DNA from: an uncultured Solirubrobacterales bacterium
GTDB lineage: Bacteria > Actinomycetota > Thermoleophilia > Solirubrobacterales > 70-9
Assembly: GCA_963712595.1 (NCBI GenBank)
Contig: CAVQIM010000003.1
Coordinates: 17,662 to 81,661, forward strand
DNA: 64,000 nt
Direction of reading: 5' to 3'
Shown here: positions 53,388 through 64,000 of the stretch, piece after piece
Layout of the letters: every line of letters begins with the position of its first letter
Numbering within the stretch: position 1 is the first letter of the stretch
Program-made: the position numbers and the translations under genes
The notes under the pieces: generated by a model
Told to the model about the DNA's origin: nothing
What the model saw: only the letters and a program-made list of their open reading frames with translations
Databases searched by the model: none

Positions 53388-53411
53388 CGCGTAGTGATGC
53401 GCGTAGTGATG
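53388..53411. promoter_or_regulatory. Tandem 12-mer (cgcgtagtgatg x2) upstream of the ArsR-family gene
   Basis: An exact direct duplication about 90 nt upstream of the ATG at 53501. Confidence 0.25.
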
Positions 53412-53500
53412 TTCCTTAACTGGACCTACGCCAAACGGCGGCATCGGCGGTCTACCGTCGTTCGCCACGCCATTCACGATCTCGGGAGGACGCGGAGGGA

Positions 53501-53818
53501 ATGAGCGCAGCAGCCGAAGCGCTTTCGCGAGCGCCGCGACGGCCCCACTGGTTGGACGTGATCGCCGACCCGGTTCGCCTGCAGATACTCCGCTCGCTGA
53601 GTCAGGTCGGCGAGGCGACGACCCGGGAGCTGGCGCTGCGCAGCCCGGCCAGCTACCAGACCCTGAGAAGGCACCTCGAGGCGCTGCAGGCGGTCGGCGT
53701 CATCAGAGCCCGCGCCGGCGTGAGCGACAGCGAGATAGGGGGGCGGCCCGCAGCCCGCTTCAGCCTCGCGCCGGAAGTTCGCGAGAGCGTCTGCTCGGCT
53801 TTCGAGCAGACTTCGTAG
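53501..53818 (+). CDS. ArsR/SmtB-family winged-helix transcriptional regulator
   Basis: 105-aa ORF with SD ggaggga. Contains DPVRLQILRSLSQVGEATTRELALRSPASYQTLRRHLEALQAVGVI. Confidence 0.8.
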   Translation: MSAAAEALSRAPRRPHWLDVIADPVRLQILRSLSQVGEATTRELALRSPASYQTLRRHLEALQAVGVIRARAGVSDSEIGGRPAARFSLAPEVRESVCSAFEQTS

Positions 53819-53829
53819 CGCCCAGGCGC

Positions 53830-56800
53830 TTACGCGGGCTCGGCCCGCTCGTCCCTCACCGCGGAGGCTCGGTTGCCTGGCAAGAGTCGATCGAGCCATG
53901 CGGGCATCCACCAGCAGCGGTCGCCCAGCCAAGTCATCGCGGCCGGGATGACGATGAGCCTGACGATGAAGGCATCGATGAAGACGCCGATCGCCTGCGC
54001 GACGCCGAAGTTGCGAATCGTGATGAACTCGGACACCGAGAAAGCTAGGAAGACCGCGATCATGATCGTCGCCGCACCGGTAACGACGTGGGCGGTGTGG
54101 CCCAATCCCCGCTCGATCGCCTTTCTCGTCGAGCCGGAGCGGAGATATTCCTCTCTGATCCGGGCGAGGACGAACACCTCGTAATCGATCGCGAGGCCAA
54201 ACATCACGATCATCGCGGTCGGAATCACCGTCGTGTCGACGTAGCCCGGCCCGCCGAGCAGGGAGTCGTCGAACAGCAACGACATCACCCCAAAGCAGGC
54301 GCTGACCGTGAGCAGGTTGATCAGGGCGGCGAGAATCGGGACCGTGAGCGAGCGCAGGACTGGGATCAGGACGATCAGGCTGACCAGGGAAAGCAACAGC
54401 CTCATCATCGGCGCCTGATCGCGAAACTCGTTGTTGACGTCGATCTGCGCCGGAGCGGCCCCGCCGACCACGACTTCGGTGCCCGTCCGGCGCGCCAGAT
54501 CATCCGCATCGGCTTCCACGCGCTCCTTGGTCGCTTCGGCCCGAGCGCTCGTCGGCGCGTCGCGGGTAATCACCAGGATGCGGGCATCCGAGCCGCCCCG
54601 ATCGAGGTTGATCAGAGACATCAGCTGCGTGCGCTGCGTCGCGGGTGCCCCGTCGAGGCTGGCGAGGGTGAAATAAGCCGAACGAAAGAGGTCCGGGGAT
54701 CGACGCCGCACCTGACTCAAGCCGGAGCCGGAGCTCCGGCCGCGCCGCAAGCCGGAGCCGATGCGGTCCAGCCCGCGGCCGAGCAGCTTGGACTTCTCTG
54801 CCCCCACCCCCAACCCTCCGGCGAGGCGGCCCGCACCGGACTCGAGCTGGCCCAGCCCGCCTGCCAGGCGCTCGGCTCCCTCGCTCAGCTTCACCAGCGC
54901 CGGCGAGAGAGCCTCGCTGCCCTGGGCCAACGCGGCGATGCCCTCGGACAGACGGCTGCCGCCGACGGCCAGTCGCTCGAGGCCGCGGTCTAGACGAGCC
55001 GAGCCCCGGGCGAGCTTGCGCATTCCGGCGCTTGCCTGGCGCCCGCTCTTGTCGAGCCTCGCCGCCAGGTACAGGCCGACGCCGAACTGGCCGTCCGCTC
55101 GTTCGATTCCGGCGGCGACGCCGCGCGAGGATGAGCCGGTCGATTCTTCAGTTTCGAAGTCCCTGCCGGTTAGGTTGCGGTGCGCCGCTTCCACCGCACT
55201 CAGGACAGCGGCGTATTCGGGGTCCGATTGCCCCGCTGTCATTCGCAGCAGGGCGGCCCGGGCCGCGGCCAGCTGCTCTTCGGTCTGGCCGAGGGGGGAC
55301 TGCGTTTCCTGCAGCCGTTCTTCGCCGGCGTGCATCGCGTTCTCGAAGAGGCGGGCGCTGTCCGACACTTCGCCGATATTCGAGCGGGCCTTCTCGAGAC
55401 CATCCGCAAGCTTGCCGGCGCCAGTGCTCGCCTCGGTTGTCCCGCGCGAGAGCTGATCGCTGCCCTCTCCCGCCTGGCCCAAGCCCCTCGTCAGCTGCCC
55501 GGAGCCGGTGCTGGTCTTGCCCAGGCCGCTCGCAAGCAATCCCGCTCCCTGTCCCGCCAGCTCGATGCCAGAGTCGAGCGCGCCCGATCCCTGCGCCGCT
55601 GCCGCCAAGCCGCTGGTGTTCAGCTTCGCCCCCCTGTGAACGCGGGCGATGCCGGTTTCGAGCTTGTCCAGGCCGCGTTCCTGCTCGGCGAGCTTGGCTT
55701 CGATTCCCTTCAGCTGCTTGGCACCAGCCTCGAGCCTGGCGAAGCCCGCCACCGATTCGACCCGGGGGTCTCGTTCGAGGCGACGTTGAAACACCGCCAA
55801 GGCATGCAGGCGCTCGCTCGAGGTGATCGGGCTGCCGCGGCCGTTGACGATCACTTCCATTGGCGCGATCCAGCCGGGACCGAGGGCCTTCTGGACCTCT
55901 TCCTGCTGCTGGCGCCCAGGGCTGTCGGAAGGCAGGAAGGCGATGCTGGCCACGTTCGAATTTAGGGTGAACGCGAACCCAGCGAGGACGAGCAGGACGA
56001 TCAGGATCGAGATCACCGCCCGCGGCCGAGCGGCGAGGCGGCGCGACCAGGCCAACGGCGTCACCCGCGAGCCTCGGCGCCTCGGCAGCGACCAGCGGTC
56101 GAGGTTCGGGCCGATGATGCTGAGCAGGGCAGGGACCACGCATATGGCCGAGATCATGCTGAGCACGGCAACCGCGATCACGGTGATCGAGGCCGTCTGC
56201 GCAATCGCGCCAGGGAGCACGAAGGCGGATGCGCCCATGGCCAGGATCAGCCCCGATCCCGCCGGCAGGATCGAGCGCGCGGTTGCAGTCACCGTTGTTT
56301 CGATCCTCTCGCGAAGATCGCCCTCGCTCTCTTCCCTGAAGCGGGCCACGACGATCAACGAGTAGTCGACGCCGAGGGCGAGGCCCATCATCCCGATCAG
56401 GCCCGCGGCGAACAGATCGATCTGGACCACTTCGGAGAGCACACTGATGATGCCCTGAGTAGCCGCCACCACAGCACCGCCGACGACCACCGGCAGAACG
56501 GCGGCGACCACCGACCTGAACACGAGCAGGAGGACGAGGAGGAGGACGGGCACCGCGATTTTCTCGCCAAGTTTGTTCGAGCTTTCTCCGGCGCTGCGGA
56601 TCGAGGCGACGATCGGAGGGAGGCCGGCGAGGCTGGCGTGGACCGGGCTGCTCACGCTCTCGTCGACCCGCCTTTGAACGGGATCGAGCACGTCGCTGAC
56701 GTTGCCCTCGGTACGGACGATCAGCGCGGCAACGCCGGGCTCGGGACGCAACCCGTCGATCGTAGATCCGCGCGACCAAGGCGAGATCACCAGCGTGTCC

Positions 56801-57123
56801 GGTGCACGGGAGAGGCGGCGGCCCAGGTCTCGGCCCTGCCGCTCGACCGCCCCACTCGGACCGCGCAGCATGACCACGATGTCCTCGCCACTGTCGAACT
56901 CGCGCTGGGCGATTTCGTGCGCTCTTGCGCTCTCCGTCCCGCTGATGGTCAGCGAGTGGATGGTCAGCTGTTTGTTCAGGTCGTGGCCCTTGATCGCGAG
57001 CAGACCGACCGCGAGCATCCAGATGCCAACGACGAGGCGCGCCCGCCGGGTGGCGAAAGCGATGGTCCGCCTCAGCGATCTCGCTCCCAGAGATGGTCCC
57101 GAGCGCCGGCCGGTCGAGCTCAT
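53830..57123 (-). CDS. MMPL-family (RND superfamily) membrane transporter with a long Gly/Ala/Leu heptad-rich central insert
   Basis: 1097-aa ORF with two 6-TM MMPL-type bundles (for example LALGVDYSLIVVARFREE and FGLAIDYEVFVLARIREE). They are separated by about 400 aa of sequence such as GAKQLKGIEAKLAEQERGLDKLETGI...GSGQLTRGLGQAGEGSDQL. Confidence 0.88.
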   Translation of the reverse strand: MSSTGRRSGPSLGARSLRRTIAFATRRARLVVGIWMLAVGLLAIKGHDLNKQLTIHSLTISGTESARAHEIAQREFDSGEDIVVMLRGPSGAVERQGRDLGRRLSRAPDTLVISPWSRGSTIDGLRPEPGVAALIVRTEGNVSDVLDPVQRRVDESVSSPVHASLAGLPPIVASIRSAGESSNKLGEKIAVPVLLLVLLLVFRSVVAAVLPVVVGGAVVAATQGIISVLSEVVQIDLFAAGLIGMMGLALGVDYSLIVVARFREESEGDLRERIETTVTATARSILPAGSGLILAMGASAFVLPGAIAQTASITVIAVAVLSMISAICVVPALLSIIGPNLDRWSLPRRRGSRVTPLAWSRRLAARPRAVISILIVLLVLAGFAFTLNSNVASIAFLPSDSPGRQQQEEVQKALGPGWIAPMEVIVNGRGSPITSSERLHALAVFQRRLERDPRVESVAGFARLEAGAKQLKGIEAKLAEQERGLDKLETGIARVHRGAKLNTSGLAAAAQGSGALDSGIELAGQGAGLLASGLGKTSTGSGQLTRGLGQAGEGSDQLSRGTTEASTGAGKLADGLEKARSNIGEVSDSARLFENAMHAGEERLQETQSPLGQTEEQLAAARAALLRMTAGQSDPEYAAVLSAVEAAHRNLTGRDFETEESTGSSSRGVAAGIERADGQFGVGLYLAARLDKSGRQASAGMRKLARGSARLDRGLERLAVGGSRLSEGIAALAQGSEALSPALVKLSEGAERLAGGLGQLESGAGRLAGGLGVGAEKSKLLGRGLDRIGSGLRRGRSSGSGLSQVRRRSPDLFRSAYFTLASLDGAPATQRTQLMSLINLDRGGSDARILVITRDAPTSARAEATKERVEADADDLARRTGTEVVVGGAAPAQIDVNNEFRDQAPMMRLLLSLVSLIVLIPVLRSLTVPILAALINLLTVSACFGVMSLLFDDSLLGGPGYVDTTVIPTAMIVMFGLAIDYEVFVLARIREEYLRSGSTRKAIERGLGHTAHVVTGAATIMIAVFLAFSVSEFITIRNFGVAQAIGVFIDAFIVRLIVIPAAMTWLGDRCWWMPAWLDRLLPGNRASAVRDERAEPA

Positions 57124-59732
57124 CGCGCACCGACCGGGCGGGTCACCGCTGCCCGGCGGTCGGCGCAGCCGACCTTCGCACTTACCGGCAGTCGCTGCAG
57201 GCGGCGCGCACCGTTCTGAGCCTTGGCGTGGATCGACGCGACAGGGCGCTTCGACCCACCCTGGGAACAGATGCCGCGATCGATCGAAAACGCATTGCTC
57301 CGCTTGCCGCCGAGCTCCATCGTGAGCGATTCGAAGGGCATGTCCGGAAGCCCCGCCAGCCTGGTCACGAGACGCCCGTCCCGCAATGCTGTCTGCGCTC
57401 GAAAATCGAAGTGCACGTCGCCTGCGGCAAGGCTGAGGGCGAGGTCCGGCTGGCCGTCATCGCGGGGCTGCACGACGTAGATGGAGCCCCTCAAGGGCCG
57501 ACCGAGGAGAGGAGTCCGCGCCGAGACGCTGCCCACCCGCGAGCCGTCGGGGCAGGCGCCGAACCTCGCATCGGTGCTCGAGCAGATCTCCCTCAGCTGC
57601 CCGATTCGGAACTCGAGCACGGGTGGAAAGGACACGTTCAGCGCTCGCAGGTTGGCGTCGCCGGAACGGGTGCGGGCCGATATGCGCAAGCTGGGGCTGC
57701 CGCCCGCCCCCGTGCCCCTGAGCGCGATCCCGATGTGCGGGCGAAAGCCGAGCCGGCGGCAGCCGCTGAGGGCAAACGGGCTGCTGATCGCAATCGAGGT
57801 GCCGCCCTGGGACTCGACTCTCGCATCGACGCTCCTGCTGGCGCACGAGGTGGGGTTGCGGACCAGCCCGGATCGATCGAGGCTCAGCTCGATCAGCCGG
57901 AACCTGATCGGCACCCCTTCCACCACGTCGGGGATGCGCTCGACCGAAACGGTTACCCGGCCGCTGCGACGATCGAGGTCGGCGCCGGCGCGCATCGCCA
58001 GCACCCCGAGATCGAAGGGGCCGATCGAGGAGTGAAAGCGGAGCAAAAGTCCGAACGGCGCGCGTCCGTATGGCCCGGTGACGAACATGCCGCCGGGCAG
58101 GGCGACTGGCCGCGCGCCGGTGCCGACCTCCACCGTTGCGGTGCCGATCCTGCTGCTAGCCGGGCACGCACCGGCCGCCGCATCGGCATCCCCACAGGGC
58201 TCCACGCTGCCCAGCGAAGCGCTCAGCCCCGCCGGCAGCGTGACCGAGAAGCGCCTCGGCAGCTGTTCGCCGTCGCGACGACGCAAAAGCGCCGAGAAGG
58301 CGGTAAGGCGCCCCGCCCGCGGGTGGGAGGCGCGAACGGCGAGTTCGGGTTCGAACGGCCCGGGGCCTGGGCAGGGCGATCCCTGAACGCGCCCAGCTAT
58401 CCCCGCCGAGGCCGTCGTTTCGACCGTCTCGCCACCGCCGTAGGGCTCGAAGCTTCCCCGCGCAAGCACAGGGCCGCAAGCCACAGGCGAGACGATCAGG
58501 GCTTCGGGGCCGCCTCCCAGGTCGAGGCTGAGGCGGCTGATCGCGACCTCCGGGAGACCCTCCAATTTCGCCGTCAGTCGCCCCGTCGCCGGATCCGGGT
58601 GAAACGCGGTGGAGAACTTGAGCACCACGCCGGGCACCGGTATCGCGACGAGCATGCGAAAGCGCTCTCCGGGCCGTTCCTCGCCGAGGTAGATGTCGCC
58701 GACGAGTTCTTCGGGCATCAGCGGCGAGGACAGCTCAACCGACCCCACCCTCGACTCGTGCGGGCACAGCGGTGCCGTTGGGCTTTCGGGGGCGAACTCG
58801 GCCTCTGTGCACGGCACGAGTCGCTGGACGCCACTGGGGGAGATGCCGAGGCCCGGTGGGAGCTGGAAGGTGGCACTCTTCAACTGCGCCTGGGACAGCC
58901 CGTCGGGATCTTCCTCCGTCGGCATCTCGAGCTCCACCCGCACCCCCGTGGGCGAGTCGGCGACCGGGTTGTCGAGCCGCAACCCGAGCCTGGGCTCGAA
59001 TTCCAGGTCCTGGCAGCCAACCAAGGGGGTGCCGGTGTCGGCGCTTTCACCCAGCCAAGGCGAGTCTTCCTCCCAGGAGCGAGTGCGGAAGGCAAAGGCC
59101 ATCGGGCCGCAACGCGTTGGGGCCGTCAGCAGCGCCCTGCGCGGAATCGAAGTTCCCTGCTGGTGATCGACGGGCACGCCCCAGAGCTGAATGTGCCCTT
59201 CGCTCAGTTCGACCTGCTGCGGATTGCTCGCGCTGAGAGTGGCGCCGAAGTCGCCGGGGCGAAACTCGAAGGTGAGGGGAAGGCCGAAGCCCGGTTTTGA
59301 GCCGAAGGCGATGACTTGCCCCGGTTCGGGCTCCAAGAGGAAGATCGGCAGTTCGACTTCCTGTCCCCCCGCCAGCCGGAATTTGGAGCTGCCCACCAGG
59401 GTCTCGGGCGGGCATTCCTCGCCGGCGTCGTAGGTCTCCCGCGGGCACTCGGGAACCGCCTTGGGGTTGCCAGAGAAGCCCGGGGGCATGTCGAAGACGA
59501 GGTCTCTCGGCGCCGTGCCTTCGAGATCGAGGGAGAAAGCGATTTCGAGCAGGTCGGGGTGAGAGCCCGCCCGGCCCTCGGCGTCCCCCTGGGAGTCCAG
59601 CATCCGCACCGCGAACCCGCCGGGCGCGATGCCGAATTTAGACGCCCGCGCGAACGGCGTCGCGCAGAGGAGCGCGACGAGGACGAAGCTGGCAAGCAGC
59701 AACGCCCTGCCGGTCAGTCCATGATGTCCCAC
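57120..59732 (-). CDS. 870-aa secreted protein built from four roughly 200-aa Cys-pair modules (hypothetical)
   Basis: The signal peptide is ALLLASFVLVALLCATPFARA. A recurring motif appears as MPPGFSGNPKAVPECPRETYDAGEECPPETLVGS, LPPGLGISPSGVQRLVPCTEAEF...LCPHESRVGS, LPAGLSASLGSVEPCGDADAAAGACPASSRIGT and FPPVLEFRIGQLREICSSTDARFGACPDGSRVGS. The stop overlaps the MMPL ATG (ATGA). Confidence 0.8.
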   Translation of the reverse strand: MGHHGLTGRALLLASFVLVALLCATPFARASKFGIAPGGFAVRMLDSQGDAEGRAGSHPDLLEIAFSLDLEGTAPRDLVFDMPPGFSGNPKAVPECPRETYDAGEECPPETLVGSSKFRLAGGQEVELPIFLLEPEPGQVIAFGSKPGFGLPLTFEFRPGDFGATLSASNPQQVELSEGHIQLWGVPVDHQQGTSIPRRALLTAPTRCGPMAFAFRTRSWEEDSPWLGESADTGTPLVGCQDLEFEPRLGLRLDNPVADSPTGVRVELEMPTEEDPDGLSQAQLKSATFQLPPGLGISPSGVQRLVPCTEAEFAPESPTAPLCPHESRVGSVELSSPLMPEELVGDIYLGEERPGERFRMLVAIPVPGVVLKFSTAFHPDPATGRLTAKLEGLPEVAISRLSLDLGGGPEALIVSPVACGPVLARGSFEPYGGGETVETTASAGIAGRVQGSPCPGPGPFEPELAVRASHPRAGRLTAFSALLRRRDGEQLPRRFSVTLPAGLSASLGSVEPCGDADAAAGACPASSRIGTATVEVGTGARPVALPGGMFVTGPYGRAPFGLLLRFHSSIGPFDLGVLAMRAGADLDRRSGRVTVSVERIPDVVEGVPIRFRLIELSLDRSGLVRNPTSCASRSVDARVESQGGTSIAISSPFALSGCRRLGFRPHIGIALRGTGAGGSPSLRISARTRSGDANLRALNVSFPPVLEFRIGQLREICSSTDARFGACPDGSRVGSVSARTPLLGRPLRGSIYVVQPRDDGQPDLALSLAAGDVHFDFRAQTALRDGRLVTRLAGLPDMPFESLTMELGGKRSNAFSIDRGICSQGGSKRPVASIHAKAQNGARRLQRLPVSAKVGCADRRAAVTRPVGAR

Positions 59733-59878
59733 GCATCCCCCTGCGCATGTCCCGGGTATATGAGTCTGAGTCGAAACGCCCCCTGCGAGAGGCGAGCAAT
59801 CCGATCAGGCTACGAAGGGCAGGCGTGCCCAACAAGGGTTTTTGCCAAAAATGAGACAAAGGGCACGGACGGGGGCGC

Positions 59879-60559
59879 TCAGGCCGGAAAGCCCTGCGCC
59901 ACCGATCGCAGCGCGAAATCGGCGCCGGCCTCGCGGAGCTGATCGACGCCGTAGCTGCCGGTGGCGACCCCCACCACCTCGATGCCGGCACCGTGGCCGG
60001 CCTCGACGTCGCGTGGAGTGTCACCCACCGCGACGCAAGCGACGCCGGACAGGGTGCCACCGGAGACGAGCGCGGCCCGGCGCAGGGCCGCTTCGGTCAC
60101 CTCTGTGCGATCGGAGGAGTCGGAGCCGTAGCCACCGAAGCTGAAGAAACGGTTGAGATGGCCGCGGGCGAGCTTGATGTGGGCAGCGGCCTCGATGTTG
60201 CCGGTGACCAGGCCCAGCAGCAGGCCGTCGTCGATCAGGCGCGGCAGCAGCTCCTCGATTCCCGGCATCACCCGGTAGCCGGTTGACTCCTCGACCGCAT
60301 CGGGCAGGTGCTTGAGGTAGCAGCCGATCGCTCTCGAGCGCTCTTCCTGGCTCCCCTCGCGACCGATCACCTCGCGGAACACGATCGCGGCGATTTCGGG
60401 ATCGGTCATGCCGGCATCGGTGTGCTCGGCGATGTCCGCCTCGACTCCGTGCAGCTCCTCGAAGGCGCGCTGCCAGGCGACGCCGCCGGCCCCGCCGGTG
60501 ACGAGCAGGGTCCCGTCGATGTCGAAGAGGACAGCTCGGATCGCGCCCGCCTCACTCAC
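59879..60559 (-). CDS. HAD-family hydrolase (phosphoglycolate-phosphatase-like)
   Basis: 226-aa ORF with a GTG start. Motif I is VLFDIDGTL, with GLVTGN and VGDTPRDVEAG further downstream. Confidence 0.88.
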   Translation of the reverse strand: MSEAGAIRAVLFDIDGTLLVTGGAGGVAWQRAFEELHGVEADIAEHTDAGMTDPEIAAIVFREVIGREGSQEERSRAIGCYLKHLPDAVEESTGYRVMPGIEELLPRLIDDGLLLGLVTGNIEAAAHIKLARGHLNRFFSFGGYGSDSSDRTEVTEAALRRAALVSGGTLSGVACVAVGDTPRDVEAGHGAGIEVVGVATGSYGVDQLREAGADFALRSVAQGFPA

Positions 60560-61550
60560 CGAGGAGCTCCTGCTGCGAGAGCCAGTAGAGCAGGCCCAAG
60601 GCAGGCAGGACGACGACCGCCGCGATCGCGAAGACGACCAGCACCGCGTCGAGCGTGGCGCCGGGCGCCGCAGATTGGGAGATCTTCAGCGAGGTCGGCA
60701 GCAGGTAGGGGAACTGGGCGACGCCCCAGCTCCAAATCACGGCGACGACGGCGCCGATCGCGAGCGGGCGCAGGCCGCGGCGGGTGCCGCGGCGCAGCAG
60801 GACGAGCACGGCGAGGCCGCAGAGCGCCGAGACGACGACCAGCGGTAGGGCCTCGGCGGTGAGGCGGTCATAGACATAGCGGGCTTCCGAGTGCAGGGCG
60901 AAGATGCCGGCAAGGGCAAGGGCCCCGGCGACAAGCGCCGCCAGCACGGCGCGGCGGGCGAAGTAGCTCTCGAGTCCGGCGTCGCCGGCGCGGCGGGAAT
61001 CGGAGATGAGGAAGATCGCGGCGAGGTAGGCGCCGCTGGCGACGAAGAGGGCGCCGACCAGCAGGGGCAGCGGCTGCAGCCAGCTCGAAAAGGCATCGCC
61101 GTTGCCGCCCGCCGGCACGTTGCCGGCGGCGACCGCGCCGACCACGGTCCCCATGAAGAGCGGGGTCAGCACCGAGGAGACGGCGAAGGCCGCCCCCATC
61201 GCCCGCCGCACCTCGAGCGAGCGAATCGACTTGCGGAAGGCGAAGCCGGCGCCGCGCAGGACGATCCCCACCGCCGCCAGTGCCAGCGGCACATACAGGG
61301 TCGACATCACCGCGCCGAAGGCCTCGGGGAAGGCGGTCCAGAGCACAACGAGGATGAAGATCAACCAGACGTGGTTGGCCTCCCAGACGGGAGTCAGCGA
61401 GCGCTGGATCAGCGCCCGCGGGCGCTCGCCCTTCTCGGCGCCGCCGGCGATCAGGTCCCAGAAGCCGCCGCCGAAGTCGGCGCCGCCAAAGACCGCATAG
61501 AGGGTGGCGCCGGTCCAGAGGATCGCCGCCGCCACATCAGCCCGCGTCAT
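60552..61550 (-). CDS. cydB: Cytochrome bd ubiquinol oxidase subunit II
   Basis: The start is taken at the ATG 61548-50 (MTRADVAAAILWTGATLYAVFGGADFGGGFWDL). The upstream part of the track ORF is read-through. Confidence 0.9.
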   Translation of the reverse strand: MTRADVAAAILWTGATLYAVFGGADFGGGFWDLIAGGAEKGERPRALIQRSLTPVWEANHVWLIFILVVLWTAFPEAFGAVMSTLYVPLALAAVGIVLRGAGFAFRKSIRSLEVRRAMGAAFAVSSVLTPLFMGTVVGAVAAGNVPAGGNGDAFSSWLQPLPLLVGALFVASGAYLAAIFLISDSRRAGDAGLESYFARRAVLAALVAGALALAGIFALHSEARYVYDRLTAEALPLVVVSALCGLAVLVLLRRGTRRGLRPLAIGAVVAVIWSWGVAQFPYLLPTSLKISQSAAPGATLDAVLVVFAIAAVVVLPALGLLYWLSQQELLGE

Positions 61551-61599
61551 CCCCCAACCCCCCCGCCGACGGGCCTCAAATGTGACACATAGGCGTATT

Positions 61600-62988
61600 T
61601 CAGGCCCATCGGCCCTTGGGGTTGGGGGCGTAGGGGGTGTCGGTGGCGGTGTCGTCGTTTTCGCGCCAGCGGCGGGAGAGGGTGCGGAGGACGAGAACAG
61701 CGCCGGCGCCGAGGGCGGCATAGAGAACGAGGATCGCTGCAAAGGCGAACCAGATGCCGTCTGCCTCGGTGACCGCTTCGGAGGTGCGCATATAGCCCTG
61801 CACGATCCAGGGCTGACGACCGACCTCGGTGACGATCCAGCCGCACCAGAGAGCCACGATCGAGGCAACCCCGGAGACCGCGACGGCGCGCAGGAACCAG
61901 GGCGTGCGCGGGATCTCGCGCCGCCGCCACCAGACCCAGCCGAACCAGAGACCGAGCAGGAGCAGCGCGGTGCCGATCCCGACCATCGCGTCGAAGGAGA
62001 GGTGGAGCAGGGTGTTGGCGGGGGGACGCTCGTCGGCGGGGATGTCCTCGAGCCCGATCACCTTGGTGTCGGCGCTGAAGCCGACCAGGAAGGAGTCGAG
62101 ATCCGGGATCGGGATCGCCCCCTTCACCCCGTCCGAGGTGCAGATGCCGCCGACGTACTCGGTCTGATGGGTCCCCGTCTTCTCGATGCACTCCATGCCC
62201 GCGAACTTGGCCGGCTGATGGTCGGCGACCGAACGCGCCGCGGTATCGCCGACGAAGAGCTGGATCGGGGTCGCGATGCAGGCGATCGTCAGCGGGATCA
62301 GCACCCCCAGCCGATGCAGGCGGTCGCGGCGGCCGCGCAGCATCCCGACCGCGTAGATCGAGGCGACGAGGAAGCCGGCGACCATGTATGCGGCGAGGAT
62401 CATGTGGGGTACCTCGTAGCCCCAGGCCGGATTGAAGAGGACCTTGAACGGCTCGGTTTCGACCACCTTGCCGGCGGCGTCCACGGTGAAGCCCTGCGGC
62501 TGGTTCATCCAGGAGTTGGCGGTGACGACGGAGAAGGCGCCGCCGATCCCGGTCACCACCATCGGCACCCCCGACCAGAAGTGCGCCCAGCCGCTCAGCC
62601 GCTTCCAGCCGTAGATGTAGATCGCGAGGAAGATCGCCTCGGTGAAGAAGAAGATGCCCTCGATCGCGAAGGCGATCCCGAAGGCGTCGCCGAAGCGCTC
62701 CATGAAGTTGGGCCAGAGCAAGCCGAACTCGAAGCTGAGCACGGTCCCCGTGACGGCGCCGACGGCGAAGGTGACGGCCATCGCCTTCGACCAACGCCGC
62801 GCCAGCCGCATCGCGTCCTCGTCGCCCCGCTTCAGCCCCAGCCAGTTGGCGGTGAGGATGATCGCCGGCAGGGCGACGCCGAGGCAAGAGAGGACGATGT
62901 GGAAGGCGAGGGTGAACGCCATCAGCTCGCGCGCGGCGAGCAGGTTCGATGCCGACGCCGCCATCGGGAGCGGGTCGAGCGAGGGCAT
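61600..62988 (-). CDS. cydA: Cytochrome bd ubiquinol oxidase subunit I
   Basis: 462-aa ORF containing [13 protein letters not shown]...[19 protein letters not shown]...[19 protein letters not shown]. Confidence 0.93.
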   Translation of the reverse strand: MPSLDPLPMAASASNLLAARELMAFTLAFHIVLSCLGVALPAIILTANWLGLKRGDEDAMRLARRWSKAMAVTFAVGAVTGTVLSFEFGLLWPNFMERFGDAFGIAFAIEGIFFFTEAIFLAIYIYGWKRLSGWAHFWSGVPMVVTGIGGAFSVVTANSWMNQPQGFTVDAAGKVVETEPFKVLFNPAWGYEVPHMILAAYMVAGFLVASIYAVGMLRGRRDRLHRLGVLIPLTIACIATPIQLFVGDTAARSVADHQPAKFAGMECIEKTGTHQTEYVGGICTSDGVKGAIPIPDLDSFLVGFSADTKVIGLEDIPADERPPANTLLHLSFDAMVGIGTALLLLGLWFGWVWWRRREIPRTPWFLRAVAVSGVASIVALWCGWIVTEVGRQPWIVQGYMRTSEAVTEADGIWFAFAAILVLYAALGAGAVLVLRTLSRRWRENDDTATDTPYAPNPKGRWA

Positions 62989-62998
62989 GTGCGCGAGC

Positions 62999-64000
<1,002 letters not shown>

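Overview
This is a very GC-rich bacterial chromosome segment. It looks like Actinomycetota, possibly a deep-branching Thermoleophilia-type lineage, judged from gene order and protein sequences; that assignment is inference only. All work was done by eye from the sequence and the ORF track, with no database searches, and motif positions were counted by hand.

Roughly the first 39 kb is the core transcription/translation super-cluster, almost all on the minus strand: rplQ-rpoA-rpsD-rpsK-rpsM-rpmJ, map-adk-secY, the spc and S10 ribosomal-protein operons, tuf-fusA, rpoC-rpoB, rplL-rplJ, rplA-rplK and nusG-secE-rpmG. It departs from the textbook layout in three ways:
- rpsL-rpsG lie on the opposite strand from fusA-tuf.
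- A secreted penicillin-acylase-family gene sits where infA normally lies, and no infA is present.
- Many ribosomal and RNA-polymerase proteins carry long low-complexity tails (S5, L5, S17, S3, L10, RpoB, RpoC, SecE).

The region from 39 to 64 kb holds ordinary accessory and housekeeping genes:
- a GNAT acetyltransferase, an acyl-CoA dehydrogenase, and tadA next to a tRNA-Ser gene
- a BcsA-like glycosyltransferase with a PilZ domain, an S8 peptidase, a universal stress protein, an MBL-fold hydrolase and a large polytopic membrane protein
- a divergent desaturase / CFA-synthase-like pair
- an ArsR regulator, and an MMPL transporter translationally coupled to an 870-aa cysteine-rich secreted repeat protein
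- a HAD hydrolase, cydAB and pgi

Three ordinary tRNAs are present, plus one tRNA-like gene with a 23-nt insertion in the D-loop. I saw no CRISPR array, transposase, integrase, phage module or recognisable defence system.

The most unusual signal is non-coding. Two families of interspersed conserved cores are each nested inside a locus-specific 17-23-bp (near-)perfect helix that exactly fills an intergenic gap. There are four copies of one family and two of the other. One copy buries the rpsD Shine-Dalgarno sequence, and two copies bracket a flavin monooxygenase gene.
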